This document shows positions 29,636-40,010 of a DNA stretch of 64,000 bases, in pieces. Position 1 is the stretch's first letter. Every line of letters begins with the position of its first letter. Below the pieces are notes generated by a model, which was given only the letters and a program-made list of their open reading frames with translations, ran no database searches and was not told where the DNA came from. Origin of the DNA: an uncultured archaeon (GTDB taxonomy: Archaea; Asgardarchaeota; Lokiarchaeia; Sigyniarchaeales; SOKP01); assembly GCA_964493715.1 (NCBI GenBank), contig CAZBPC010000004.1, positions 40,563-104,562 on the forward strand. Reading direction: 5' to 3'. Both the position numbers and the translations under genes were made by a program.

Positions 29636-30493
29636 ATGACAAAAATTCGAGAAGTAAGGGTAACTCTAAAAAGTAGGTCAACGATGGAAGGGGCGGGAGT
29701 TCGGTTGAAACGAGCTTTTGGATATGCTGATCCTTCATTAGATCCTTTTTTGCTCTTAGACGATTTCCATTCTAATGATCCTAACGATTATATAGCAGGA
29801 TTTCCATGGCATCCTCATCGAGGAATAGAAACGATCACTTATATGCTCCATGGAAAAATAGAACATGGGGATAGCATGGATAACAGTGGAGTAATTGGCG
29901 CTGGTGACGTTCAGTGGATGACCGCGGGGAGCGGTATAATACATCAAGAGATGCCGAAGAATAATGTTAATGATCCTGTCTTAGCGGGCTTTCAATTATG
30001 GGCAAATTTACCTGCGTCTCATAAAATGATGAACCCACGTTATCGAGATATTACAAAAGAACAGATTCCTGAAGTTATCGTGACTGATGGTGTAAGAGTA
30101 AAAATAATTTGCGGGGAAATTAAAGGCGTGAAGGGACCTGTACAAGATATAATAACCGATCCAGAATATTTAGATGTCTCCATCGACCCGAATTCAGAAT
30201 TTTCACATCCAATTGATAATGTTCATAATATTTTTGCATATGTTATTGAGGGAGCGGCTTTTTTTGATCCCAAGAAAGATAATTTTGTTAGTGCCGAAAA
30301 TTTAGTTATTTTTCGAGAAGGAGACGAAGTAGTCGTGAAGACTAAAGAGAAGCCTGTTAGATTCCTTTTAATATCAGGTAAACCGATCGGAGAACCAGTC
30401 GCATGGCAAGGTCCAATTGTAATGAATACTGAAGAGGAATTAAGATTAGCATTTAAAGAATATTCTCAAGGCACGTTTATTAAACATAGCTAG
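29636..30493 (+). CDS. Pirin-family protein
   Basis: DPFLLLD, GFPWHPHRGIETITY, WMTAGSGIIHQE, GPIVMN. Start placed at ATG 29636. Confidence 0.92.
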   Translation: MTKIREVRVTLKSRSTMEGAGVRLKRAFGYADPSLDPFLLLDDFHSNDPNDYIAGFPWHPHRGIETITYMLHGKIEHGDSMDNSGVIGAGDVQWMTAGSGIIHQEMPKNNVNDPVLAGFQLWANLPASHKMMNPRYRDITKEQIPEVIVTDGVRVKIICGEIKGVKGPVQDIITDPEYLDVSIDPNSEFSHPIDNVHNIFAYVIEGAAFFDPKKDNFVSAENLVIFREGDEVVVKTKEKPVRFLLISGKPIGEPVAWQGPIVMNTEEELRLAFKEYSQGTFIKHS

Positions 30494-31869
30494 TGCTCTT
30501 TTGTTAATGAATTTGTCAAATCACTCAGCTTTTCTGAAATCTTTAATTTAAAAATATGATTTTCTTCTAAAGTCTTGTATCTATTTGGTAAGTTTTTAAT
30601 TTTATCCAAATAATACTCTTTTATTTCCATGATTTGGGGTAGTTTGCAAATTAGATTTCCTTTTTCCATAATAGGAATTAATAGAGCTTCTGAATTCGCA
30701 GGTACTACATCAATGTCTAATGTTAAAATATCTTCTCTTAAAAAGCCTTGCTTGTCATATATCCTGTAAATTTGCTTTTTTCCTGGATAGGTTAATTTTT
30801 CTTCACTAATTTTAATCTTAGGTTTTCCGTTATATTCTATTAGTTTATATACTCCAGAAAGAGTGGGATCGTCTCGAGACGTTGCTAATTCCGTTCCTAT
30901 GCCAAACGCATCAATGGGAGCGTTAGCATCAATAATTCTTTTAATTTTATATTCATTCAGATCAGAACTAGCAACGATTATAACTTCGTTGCAACCATTA
31001 TCATCTAAAATTTTTCGTACTTTTATTGAATGATTGATGAGATCTCCAGAATCTATTCGAACACCCTTGACATTATTTCCATACTTGCTAACTATTTTAG
31101 CTGCCTTCTCTGTATCGTAAGTATCTATCAACAAAATTGAATCTTTTCCATAAATCTTGTAATAAACGTCAAAAGCTTCCTCTTCGGTTTCAAATTTCTG
31201 GATAAAACTATGAGCCATTGTTCCACTTGAGCTAATGCCCAGTTCTAAATCTGCGATGACATTGCTTGTCCCATTAAATCCGGCTACATAACTCCCTCGT
31301 GCAGCATAAATGCCTGCTAGAGGGCTGTGTGATCTACGAGTCCCAAATTCGAGCAATATTTTATCAGGAGCAATATTCCTAATTCTTGATGCTTTTGATG
31401 CAACTATAGTCTGATAATTAATTACATTTAAAAGGTACGTTTCTGCTAGCTGAGCATGAAACATTGGACCTTGAATTCTCATAATGGGTTCATTAGGAAA
31501 GAAAAATGTGCCCTCTTTCATCGACCATACATCTAAATTGAATTTAAAATTAGGTAAATATTCTTCAAAGAAACTGGGATCTATCTTTTTGAAAACATCT
31601 TTCGAATTTAAAAAATTAATCGTGTCGTCTGAAAATCGAGCATTTAATAAATAGTGAATAACTTGCTCTAATCCAGCAAATATCAAATAATTTCGATGTT
31701 TGGGATATTTTCTGACAAACAATTCAAAAACTGCGATATCTTCATTTTCATCTCGATTATTCTCTAAATTATATTGATAATAAGCTGCACCCATGGTAAG
31801 TTGGTATAAATCTGTAGCAAGAATCATGTTTGCGTCATTTAATAATTCTGAATTTGATTTACTTCTCAT
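30490..31869 (-). CDS. pncB: Nicotinate phosphoribosyltransferase
   Basis: TDLYQLTM, EFGTRR, GTMAHS, LIDTYD, RIDSGD, GVYKL. Confidence 0.93.
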   Translation of the reverse strand: MRSKSNSELLNDANMILATDLYQLTMGAAYYQYNLENNRDENEDIAVFELFVRKYPKHRNYLIFAGLEQVIHYLLNARFSDDTINFLNSKDVFKKIDPSFFEEYLPNFKFNLDVWSMKEGTFFFPNEPIMRIQGPMFHAQLAETYLLNVINYQTIVASKASRIRNIAPDKILLEFGTRRSHSPLAGIYAARGSYVAGFNGTSNVIADLELGISSSGTMAHSFIQKFETEEEAFDVYYKIYGKDSILLIDTYDTEKAAKIVSKYGNNVKGVRIDSGDLINHSIKVRKILDDNGCNEVIIVASSDLNEYKIKRIIDANAPIDAFGIGTELATSRDDPTLSGVYKLIEYNGKPKIKISEEKLTYPGKKQIYRIYDKQGFLREDILTLDIDVVPANSEALLIPIMEKGNLICKLPQIMEIKEYYLDKIKNLPNRYKTLEENHIFKLKISEKLSDLTNSLTKEH

Positions 31870-31942
31870 TTTATCGAGTAAACTAGTTAATGTAATTATT
31901 AATTAAGATCGATTAATATAATATTAATTCTTACTTAATTAG

Positions 31943-32887
31943 CTAAATCAATGCAATTTTCCTTATATTTTTCACAATATTCAACCGAAAGAAATTGTCC
32001 CTTGTAAATTTTCCATTAACCGTAATCTTTTCTCCAATTTTTAAGTCATTTTCCTCATGCAATTTCTTACTTATTCGAATTGCAAGTCCATCCGCTTCTA
32101 TAATATCTTCTTCTTTAAAATCAGACTTTTTTTGCACTCTTGGACCGATTTTGACATTGGTTAAATAGATCAAATAATAAATAGTTATATTTTCTTGAAA
32201 AACCTGTTCCTTTTGTTCTATTTTATCAATTTCACCCTCATAAATGGTAATGCTTTTTCCTTCAAGATTTGAAAATGTGGAACTATCAGAGGATTCATCA
32301 ATTAATTTTATTGGAGTATTATTATCTGGGGTTGAGATCTTTATATCCTTAATGATCTTATCGAAGTTATCTGGTAATCTCGTCAAATTCCAATCAGACA
32401 ACTTGAAATAATCTTGCTTTAATGAAAAAATAAAGCCAACCCAAAAGTGACCACAAAAACCCATCTCAGCACCTATGCGGCAATCGCAATCGCGTTCAGG
32501 ATTTCCGATATTCTCTTTTGTAATTGAGAGAAATGACTTTGTTTCCCAATTCATCCCTTTAAATACAAATTCAACTTCATGGTTATTAGGATTAACTATT
32601 TTAATATCCCTAATACTCTCTCTATCAGTTCCCTTTACCTTTCCTATTGCGGATTGAATTCCATCTGAAATAATATCTAATTCTTTTTCTTTTATGAAAG
32701 AGCTAATTTCTTCCTCTGAGAGGGAGTCTAATAGATAATTTATTAATTCTTTCTTTTTAAATTTAGAATAGCCTTTTATTCCGAATTCTTTACAAGTATT
32801 TTTCAAATTCTCAATATTGAAAGATTGTAATAGATAGGAGAGATAAGTCCTGTCATCGATTTTTCTGATCTTGCTCAACCCCATCAA
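31943..32887 (-). CDS. Hypothetical protein with HeH/Rho-N-like, SWIM-like Zn finger and OB-like regions
   Basis: LKNTCKEFGIKGYSKFKKKELI; CDC-x7-CGH; C-terminal beta-rich ...LKIGEKITVNGK. Confidence 0.7.
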   Translation of the reverse strand: MMGLSKIRKIDDRTYLSYLLQSFNIENLKNTCKEFGIKGYSKFKKKELINYLLDSLSEEEISSFIKEKELDIISDGIQSAIGKVKGTDRESIRDIKIVNPNNHEVEFVFKGMNWETKSFLSITKENIGNPERDCDCRIGAEMGFCGHFWVGFIFSLKQDYFKLSDWNLTRLPDNFDKIIKDIKISTPDNNTPIKLIDESSDSSTFSNLEGKSITIYEGEIDKIEQKEQVFQENITIYYLIYLTNVKIGPRVQKKSDFKEEDIIEADGLAIRISKKLHEENDLKIGEKITVNGKFTRDNFFRLNIVKNIRKIALI

Positions 32888-33172
32888 TTATTTTTTCAAT
32901 TGGAACATTCTAATTATATCATATTCAGTTTTATTTATTATTATTGTAACAAAAAGAAGGATTTGATAAGTATTAAAATTGTAAATACGAATGATCAAAT
33001 CCGATAATATTTTAAGCAACAATTGCCTAAATGGGAAAAAAATCCCTTTTAATTTAATAGGAATAACATAGTTTTTGCATTGTTAATCGTATGAATAAGT
33101 TTAAATAATCGTTAATTGATTTGTTTATTTAATTAAACAAATATTTAACTAAAAATTGTATTAATAAAATAG

Positions 33173-33397
33173 GTGAAAAATGAAATGAGTGATTCACTAC
33201 CAGAGTATTTGAAGTATTTTGGAGAGATAAAATTCGCTGAAGAAAAAAGCATGAGCATTAGTGATTATGAGAGATCTTTAAATAGACATTTCCAAAGCAA
33301 AGCTGCAAAAGTTCCTCGCGGTCGCTATAAATTCGCTGAAATCAACAATCCCTTCGCGGATGATTTTGAAGAATCCTTCAATAACTATTTTGAATAA
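33173..33397 (+). CDS. Small hypothetical protein
   Basis: Isolated ORF with higher GC than its flanks; a GGTGA SD-like motif suggests a start at one of the next ATGs. Confidence 0.6.
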   Translation: MKNEMSDSLPEYLKYFGEIKFAEEKSMSISDYERSLNRHFQSKAAKVPRGRYKFAEINNPFADDFEESFNNYFE

Positions 33398-33615
33398 TTA
33401 AAACATTTTTTAAATGATATATACATATTTTAAAATCTTTTTAATCTAACTTTATTCTTATCAATTCTTATCCATTTTAAATAACTCCTATCAATATATT
33501 AGGTAGGTTGGGTTATAACAATTCACCATTATCCTTTTTTGAGTCCCAATTATTATAAAAATTATAATCCATGAGAAATAATTTTTTAACTAACTCGTGA
33601 TATTAGATCTATATC

Positions 33616-34464
33616 ATGAACATCCTTAATGAAATTAAATCTGAATATATCCAACTTGATGAGTTAAAGTTACATGTTGCTACAATAGGGAATGGTCCTC
33701 CTCTAATTTTATTACACGGATTTCCCGATTTCTGGTATGGATGGAAAAATATCATTCAAAGACTGAAAAACGATTTTCATTTAATTATTCCTGATATGAG
33801 AGGTTACAACTTGTCAGATAAGCCAGTGGGCGTAGAAAATTACAAGATGGAGTTTTTAATAAAGGATATTCATGATTTAGCTGACATATTAGATATGGAC
33901 ACATTTTTCTTAGCAGGGCACGATTGGGGAGGAGTTATTGCTTGGTGTTTCGCCGAAAAATATCCTGAAAGAGTGAAAAAATTGATGATTCTCAATGCAC
34001 CTCATCCTAAAATCTTTCAAGAACGATTAAGGAATGATAAAGCTCAACAAAGAGCAAGTTTCTATATATTCGAGTTTCTCAAACCACAAGGTGAGAATTT
34101 CGCAATTGATAACGATTACAAATGGCTTAAATGGGCTGTCTTTAAAGGGATAATAAATCAAGATGAATTTACAGAATTTGATAAAAATGAGTACTTGAAA
34201 GCATGGACTCAACCTGGCGCAATTGTTGGAGGAGTTAATTATTATAGAGCAAATACAACATTTAACAACTGGACGGGATATATCAAAGTACCCACTATAG
34301 TTATTCATGGCATGAAAGACGTAGCCTTACTACCTTCTATTTTGGACGATTTATCTAACTATGTTCAGGATTTGAAAATTATTCATGCTGAAAATGCGTC
34401 CCATTGGATTATGCACGATGATCCTAATTTGGTCGCTTCAACGATTAGAGATTTTTTCATTTAA
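33616..34464 (+). CDS. Alpha/beta hydrolase, epoxide hydrolase-like
   Basis: LHGFPDFW, DMRGYNLS, GHDWGG (Asp nucleophile), NYYRA, SHW. Confidence 0.9.
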   Translation: MNILNEIKSEYIQLDELKLHVATIGNGPPLILLHGFPDFWYGWKNIIQRLKNDFHLIIPDMRGYNLSDKPVGVENYKMEFLIKDIHDLADILDMDTFFLAGHDWGGVIAWCFAEKYPERVKKLMILNAPHPKIFQERLRNDKAQQRASFYIFEFLKPQGENFAIDNDYKWLKWAVFKGIINQDEFTEFDKNEYLKAWTQPGAIVGGVNYYRANTTFNNWTGYIKVPTIVIHGMKDVALLPSILDDLSNYVQDLKIIHAENASHWIMHDDPNLVASTIRDFFI

Positions 34465-34533
34465 AAATATATAGGATAAAATTTAACAGTTGTTTATAAT
34501 TATAATTATTGAAAAATTAACTTATATTTTACA

Positions 34534-35010
34534 ATGTCCGAATCAGATATTTGGTCTTTCCAACTTGACTGGTTAAACATAATTAAGCTTTTAGGTTTTC
34601 ATTCTATTGAACAAATTCCAGAATCAAAAAAACTAAAAGCGCTTAAAAAGATTACTAAACTCCATGGAACGGAATTGCTTTTAACTTTAAAACCGAGTGA
34701 ATTAGACGAGTTGGTTGTTGACGAACTAAAGACTCTGTTGAAAAGAGAATTAATGGATGATGCTAAACAAAAAGAAAAAATAGTAAGAGAAATTCGACAC
34801 AAAGTACTTCCTTTAAAAAGGGGAAAAATTATTGGCATAAACATGAATGATTTACGCGATCTAGATCCTAATGCCGATATGGAAGAAATCATGAAATATT
34901 TCTCTAAAAAGTTCCTCAGTGATGAAGGAGATGACGAAAATGATGATGGTGATGATGTTGATGATGAACGCGAAGATATTGATGATGATAAAACGGGATT
35001 TTATATCTAA
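34534..35010 (+). CDS. Hypothetical protein with acidic tail ending in GFYI
   Basis: 158-aa ORF; C-terminus DEGDDENDDGDDVDDEREDIDDDKTGFYI. Confidence 0.75.
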   Translation: MSESDIWSFQLDWLNIIKLLGFHSIEQIPESKKLKALKKITKLHGTELLLTLKPSELDELVVDELKTLLKRELMDDAKQKEKIVREIRHKVLPLKRGKIIGINMNDLRDLDPNADMEEIMKYFSKKFLSDEGDDENDDGDDVDDEREDIDDDKTGFYI

Positions 35011-35032
35011 GAATTTATTAAGGAAAAAAAAA

Positions 35033-36643
35033 TTAAGCAAATTTCTTTCTAATTAAGGTCAAGTTTTTCTTTTTCAGTTTCCAATAAATTACAGAAAATA
35101 ATAGGTAAGCCCCAGAAGACCAAGAAATCCAAGAAATGGCTTGAAATGCATTAAGATTACGCATGTAATTGATAAATTCAGCAAATATATAAAAACCTAA
35201 GTCATTTAAATCATTATCAAGCTTAATAATACTGGGAAAATATTCAATAGCTACAACTTCATGAGTGTTATTTCTCAGAGTTTGAAAAAGGTTGTCAATA
35301 GATTTATTGGTTGGATCCACCAATCTCAATTTTATAAAAGTGTTCAGGTCCTCATTAATATGAATGTCTGATCCGCCCATACAAGTGAGATTATTATCCA
35401 AACAGAATTGACGAATGGAGATATACTTTCCTTGATAACTCCCCGAATTAACAATTTCAAAACCGTCAACTCCCCAATCTCGCAATTGTTCTAAAGAATA
35501 AGGAACCCCATTTCCTCCATTGGGATTTGGATCATAGTTATAATGATTAACAGTAATGTATCCGCCATGTGATTTCACATAATTAATGAGATCTGAAGCA
35601 TTCATTGCAACGGGACCTCCCGGAGTATAAGATTCTAATGGAACAATCTCCTTATCAATTCCATAATAATTCATGTGAATGTCATTTTCGTGGTCAGTCC
35701 ACTCTTCTGCTGTTAGGACCAAAAAATCTAAGTTATATTCATTCACAAAGTTCCGAGCTACATGACCTCCCCGAAGATTATCATGATCTGAAAACGCAGC
35801 TATTGATATCCCTTGATCTATATACCATAGTACTCGTTCTTCTGGAGTAAGCCAACCATCCGAAAACACAGTATGGACATGTAAATCAATTAAAAATTCA
35901 TCTTCTGAAAGTGGCGTTGTAGGTACAATTTTTTGAGGAGAAAAGGGAGTAGATATCAAAACAATATTTAGACCAAGTAAAATGACGCCAATTCCAACAA
36001 AATACACGAATTCTCTCTTAAATGCATTAAATCCTTTCGATCTCTTAACAGATTGTTTTTTACCATTTGATTTCGCATATGATAACTTCAATTTAGGATG
36101 AATTAATTTGATCATTGTATAACATGTCTTAATCACGATGAGTATCATGCTGGAATGCACCGCAATTTGAATTGGAATCATGAAATATCGACTTACGAAT
36201 AAGAAACCTTGGATGGAGAAACCAACCAATATTATCACTAAAACAATCAGCACGGCTGATAATAACACCTTAAAAGAAAATTCGATAATATCCCTCAAAA
36301 TTTGTAATGATAAAGCCAGTTTTTTTGATTTAAATTTACCCTTCTTTCTTGCAATTATAAAGATAATTCTGATAATCGGATAAATCATAAAAAATACAAA
36401 TATCCACGTGAATTCCATTCCTAATATAGAAGCTATAATGGTAAATGGTTCGAAGATATATCTAAACACGGGTAGAACGCTGCTATAGTTAACAGAGACA
36501 TCAACTCGTCCGAGCGCATCATAGAATGTAACTTTTCTAACTTTGGTAAATAAAAATATCATTAAAATGCTGAGCCAGGCTAAAAATCCGATAGTAATGG
36601 AGGTAAACCATTTATTTTTCATAATCAATGATTTTATACTCAT
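35033..36643 (-). CDS. Membrane-anchored PHP-domain phosphoesterase
   Basis: N-terminal TM segments; DLHVHTVFSDG, SDHD, EEWT, H, NH, GGSDIH. Confidence 0.85.
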   Translation of the reverse strand: MSIKSLIMKNKWFTSITIGFLAWLSILMIFLFTKVRKVTFYDALGRVDVSVNYSSVLPVFRYIFEPFTIIASILGMEFTWIFVFFMIYPIIRIIFIIARKKGKFKSKKLALSLQILRDIIEFSFKVLLSAVLIVLVIILVGFSIQGFLFVSRYFMIPIQIAVHSSMILIVIKTCYTMIKLIHPKLKLSYAKSNGKKQSVKRSKGFNAFKREFVYFVGIGVILLGLNIVLISTPFSPQKIVPTTPLSEDEFLIDLHVHTVFSDGWLTPEERVLWYIDQGISIAAFSDHDNLRGGHVARNFVNEYNLDFLVLTAEEWTDHENDIHMNYYGIDKEIVPLESYTPGGPVAMNASDLINYVKSHGGYITVNHYNYDPNPNGGNGVPYSLEQLRDWGVDGFEIVNSGSYQGKYISIRQFCLDNNLTCMGGSDIHINEDLNTFIKLRLVDPTNKSIDNLFQTLRNNTHEVVAIEYFPSIIKLDNDLNDLGFYIFAEFINYMRNLNAFQAISWISWSSGAYLLFSVIYWKLKKKNLTLIRKKFA

Positions 36644-36699
36644 AATACTAAATCACTCTAACTTCTTAATAAATATTAAAACTATCAAAAATCAATGGT

Positions 36700-37962
36700 T
36701 CATGTAAAAAACAATTTTTCTCGCATGCAATTTTTTATTTCCTTGAAGAGTTGTTTTTCAGTTTTAGGATCAAACTCTAATTTTGCTTGACCTAAGAAAT
36801 TTTTCAATTCTTCTTTGTCAAAACGTGAAATATTGTTTTGTTTTACCCAAGTTAATGCCTTCTGAATTAATTCTCCATCTTGACCACCGATAAATGATGG
36901 TAAATAAAAGTTAGCCGAAATTTCTGAAGCAAACCCTGCTCTTACATAAAGTCCTTTTGGATCCAAGTGCTTGTATAAATGAGGAACATCTTCTGGTAAA
37001 GAATCTATTACTACATTCTTTCCAGCTTGTTGTATCTTTCTATAGATTGGCATCCAGTCGTCTGATCCTTGTGGAGGGCGCCCTGCTCCTGGTACCCATT
37101 GAATACCGCTTAAATGATCAATCGCCAATAAATCATCTAAGAAGGGTATTTGGTAAGGACCATCCATGTGGTGTATGGCATAATCCATGTGTTCGATTTG
37201 TGTTACTAGATCCGGTAACACGAATCGCTTAAACCATTTAGGATTAAGCATTGCTATAAAATCACATTGTGTAGGATACCAACTCTTTGGACACCATACA
37301 TTTAACCATGCATTAAAACCATTACAATTCTTTTTGATTATAGCATATAAATCATCATAAATTTTAAGTAATTTTTCCAATATGATTTGCCTGCAGTTAT
37401 CTATTATTTGAGGTTGACGTTTCATTGTTAGAATCAAATCTGTAGGCCCAAGGAAAGATGATAAAATGTCTAGAACCCCTCCAACATCCGTGATTGAAAA
37501 TTGATAGCCCATCTGTGCTGCTCGTTCAGATCCTTGAGTTGTTATTCTCAATAATCGGGCATACCATTCATTGTTCATGTTTAATTCCGTATTTTCAAGT
37601 AATTGAATTATATCCTCCGGTTTCGTTGGGCGACTAAACCACATTGTCTCTGATTTGAATTGGGGGATAACTCCAAAAACAGCAGCTACAATTCCTGGTC
37701 CATAATTAGGAAAAAGAGAGGGTATGGATTCACCTCCATAATAAGTTTTTATTGCGCGTTTTTCGAATCCATTAACAAACAGCTCTAAATCATCAAAATT
37801 TTGAGCCAAACTCCAATCCTGCCCTAACGCATCCAAATACCCTCCAATCGATCCACTTCTCTTTGGAAAATAATATGAGATCACTGGACGATCTATTAGT
37901 TCATGATTCCACCACGCTGCCATCCGTTCTTTTGCTTCCTTAATATCTTCTTTTAAATCCAT
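36700..37962 (-). CDS. Uroporphyrinogen decarboxylase/MtaA-superfamily (URO-D/CIMS-like) protein
   Basis: AWW...DRP, NYGPG, QCDF..ML.P.WF..FVLP, HHMDG, IQWVPGAG. Confidence 0.7.
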   Translation of the reverse strand: MDLKEDIKEAKERMAAWWNHELIDRPVISYYFPKRSGSIGGYLDALGQDWSLAQNFDDLELFVNGFEKRAIKTYYGGESIPSLFPNYGPGIVAAVFGVIPQFKSETMWFSRPTKPEDIIQLLENTELNMNNEWYARLLRITTQGSERAAQMGYQFSITDVGGVLDILSSFLGPTDLILTMKRQPQIIDNCRQIILEKLLKIYDDLYAIIKKNCNGFNAWLNVWCPKSWYPTQCDFIAMLNPKWFKRFVLPDLVTQIEHMDYAIHHMDGPYQIPFLDDLLAIDHLSGIQWVPGAGRPPQGSDDWMPIYRKIQQAGKNVVIDSLPEDVPHLYKHLDPKGLYVRAGFASEISANFYLPSFIGGQDGELIQKALTWVKQNNISRFDKEELKNFLGQAKLEFDPKTEKQLFKEIKNCMREKLFFT

Positions 37963-38020
37963 GATAAATATCCCTAATTTAATAAAAGAAATCTAGCTTT
38001 TATTGCATGACAAAATTATT

Positions 38021-38043
38021 AATCTTTTTTGAATTATTCGAAT
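38021..38043 (+). repeat. 23-bp direct repeat, copy 1
   Basis: AATCTTTTTTGAATTATTCGAAT, identical to 39958-39980. Confidence 0.85.
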
Positions 38044-38441
38044 TGGCTTATTGAAGTAATTAATTAATACGAATGAAGTAAATTAAAAATTCATTGTTTA
38101 GATTTGATGTAATTCACAAAGTGTTCCAAATAGTCCATAATTTACACGTGAAATTTCTCCTTGCAGATAATAACTAAAAAATCATTTACTTGTGGGAATT
38201 ATTAATACTGATCTGACTATAGCTAATAGCAATTTCTGAAATATACGAAATACAGTCCAATAATCGATGTAAATTAACATCTATATTGTGATGATTAGAA
38301 ATTAATTTAAGACAAAAATGTATATAAATAGAACAATTACTATGATAACTTAAGCTTAATTTTCTAACCGCCATTACTAATAAATCCTTTAAAGCTTCAA
38401 AATAAAAATAAAGAATATTTTTGAAAAAATAGGATCGTCTT

Positions 38442-39932
38442 ATGAATTTAACAGAAATTTTTCTAAAATCACCAGAAAAATTAGAATCATTTTTGAATAA
38501 TATCTCAATTCCTATTCACACTTGGCAAATTCGTCGAAAAAAGATGTTTTTAATCGATTATAATAGTGCAGCGTACGAAGAAACGAATGGAGAAATTAAA
38601 AATTACTTGGGTTCTAGAGCAGCAGAATATTATAGAGAAAATATTGATTTATTAAATGTTTTAAAAGAATGTATGTACAAATCTACATCAATTTCAAAAG
38701 AAATTAAATATTTTTGCAGTAGTTCGAATGAGCTTAAGCAAATATCAATTAAAACTGATTTTATTCCACCAGATTTAGTTTTAGTTCAAATGATAAATAA
38801 AATAAAGCAAGAAGTCTTAGAAAAGAAATTAAAAGAATCTGAGGAGAAATATAACCTAATAACGGAAAATGCATACGACTTAATTGGTGTTATAAATCGA
38901 AAATTTAAATTTGAATACCTAAATAAAAACTCACAATTCAAAATTTTAGGATATACAACAAGAGAAGTCATAGGAAAAAACGTTTTAAAATTTATTCACC
39001 CCGAAGATGTGGAATTAGCTGTTAAAAAATATTCTGAAGGATTTAATGCTGGAGAATCTATCAGCTAAATGAGAGCTAGACACAAGCAAGGTCATTATGT
39101 CTGGTTGGGACTAAATGGTAAATTATATACAGATCATAATGAGGAACAAAAAGTGGTACTAATATTAAGAGATATTACTCATCATAAGCTTTTAGAACAA
39201 AAGTTAGAGGAATCAGAAGAAAAATATCGGGTTGCGTATGATCAAGCTGAATTTTTTAAAAATTTATGTGCTCATGATATCTCGAACATTCTTCTTGTTA
39301 TTAATGGATCCTACCAATTTTGTTCTCTTTTATTAGATGATCCAGAGAAAATTGAAGAAGTGAAAGTCAATCTTGAAAAAATAAAAGACCAAATTAAAAG
39401 GGCAAATCTCTTAATTAAAAACATTCAAACACTGTCGAAGTTAGATAGCAATAGACCTCTACTTAAACTTGTTGATGTTTGCGCGTCATTAACGGATAGT
39501 ATTAAATACATTAACGAAAGCTATAAAGAAAAAAATGTTGATATAAATGTGAATTCCAGCAATGAGCAATTTATTGTGTCTGCAAACGATCTAATATTTG
39601 AGGCGTTCGAAAATATATTGATTAACGCAATAAATTACAACAATAAACCTATTATAAAAATCTCAATTAAAATTTCTAAAATTGAAAAAAATAATAATAA
39701 CTATGTAAAAATAGAATTCGGTGATAATGGAATAGGAATAAATGATTCTAGAAAGGAATTTATCTTTCAAGAAGGGCACAAAAGAGAAAAATATACTAAA
39801 GGAATGGGCTTTGGTTTGACGCTCGTCAAGAGGATTATTGATAGTTATAATGGACAAATTTGGGTTGAAGACAGGGTTCCAAATGATTATACACAAGGAT
39901 GTAATTTTGTAATATTAATTCCTACGAGATAA
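38442..39932 (+). pseudogene. PAS-domain sensor histidine kinase interrupted by one in-frame TAA (39066-39068)
   Basis: The two ORFs share a frame; the stop splits a PAS/PAC domain (FIHPED...ESIS*MRARHKQGHYVW). Downstream H box AHDISN, N box NILINA, DNGIG, GMGFGL. Confidence 0.75.
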
Positions 39933-39957
39933 TATTCCGGGGTTTCATAAAGTTATA

Positions 39958-39980
39958 AATCTTTTTTGAATTATTCGAAT
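39958..39980 (+). repeat. 23-bp direct repeat, copy 2
   Basis: AATCTTTTTTGAATTATTCGAAT, identical to 38021-38043. Confidence 0.85.
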
Positions 39981-40010
39981 AATGATTAAAAAATTTCACA
40001 ATGTGAGAAT

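Noticed and set aside
38186-38374. 62-aa minus-strand ORF in the cassette spacer
   Set aside because: Composition is not protein-like and it has no motifs; likely spurious.
39066-39068. Selenocysteine or pyrrolysine recoding at the kinase stop
   Set aside because: The codon is TAA, not TGA or TAG, and TAA is a normal stop throughout the window.
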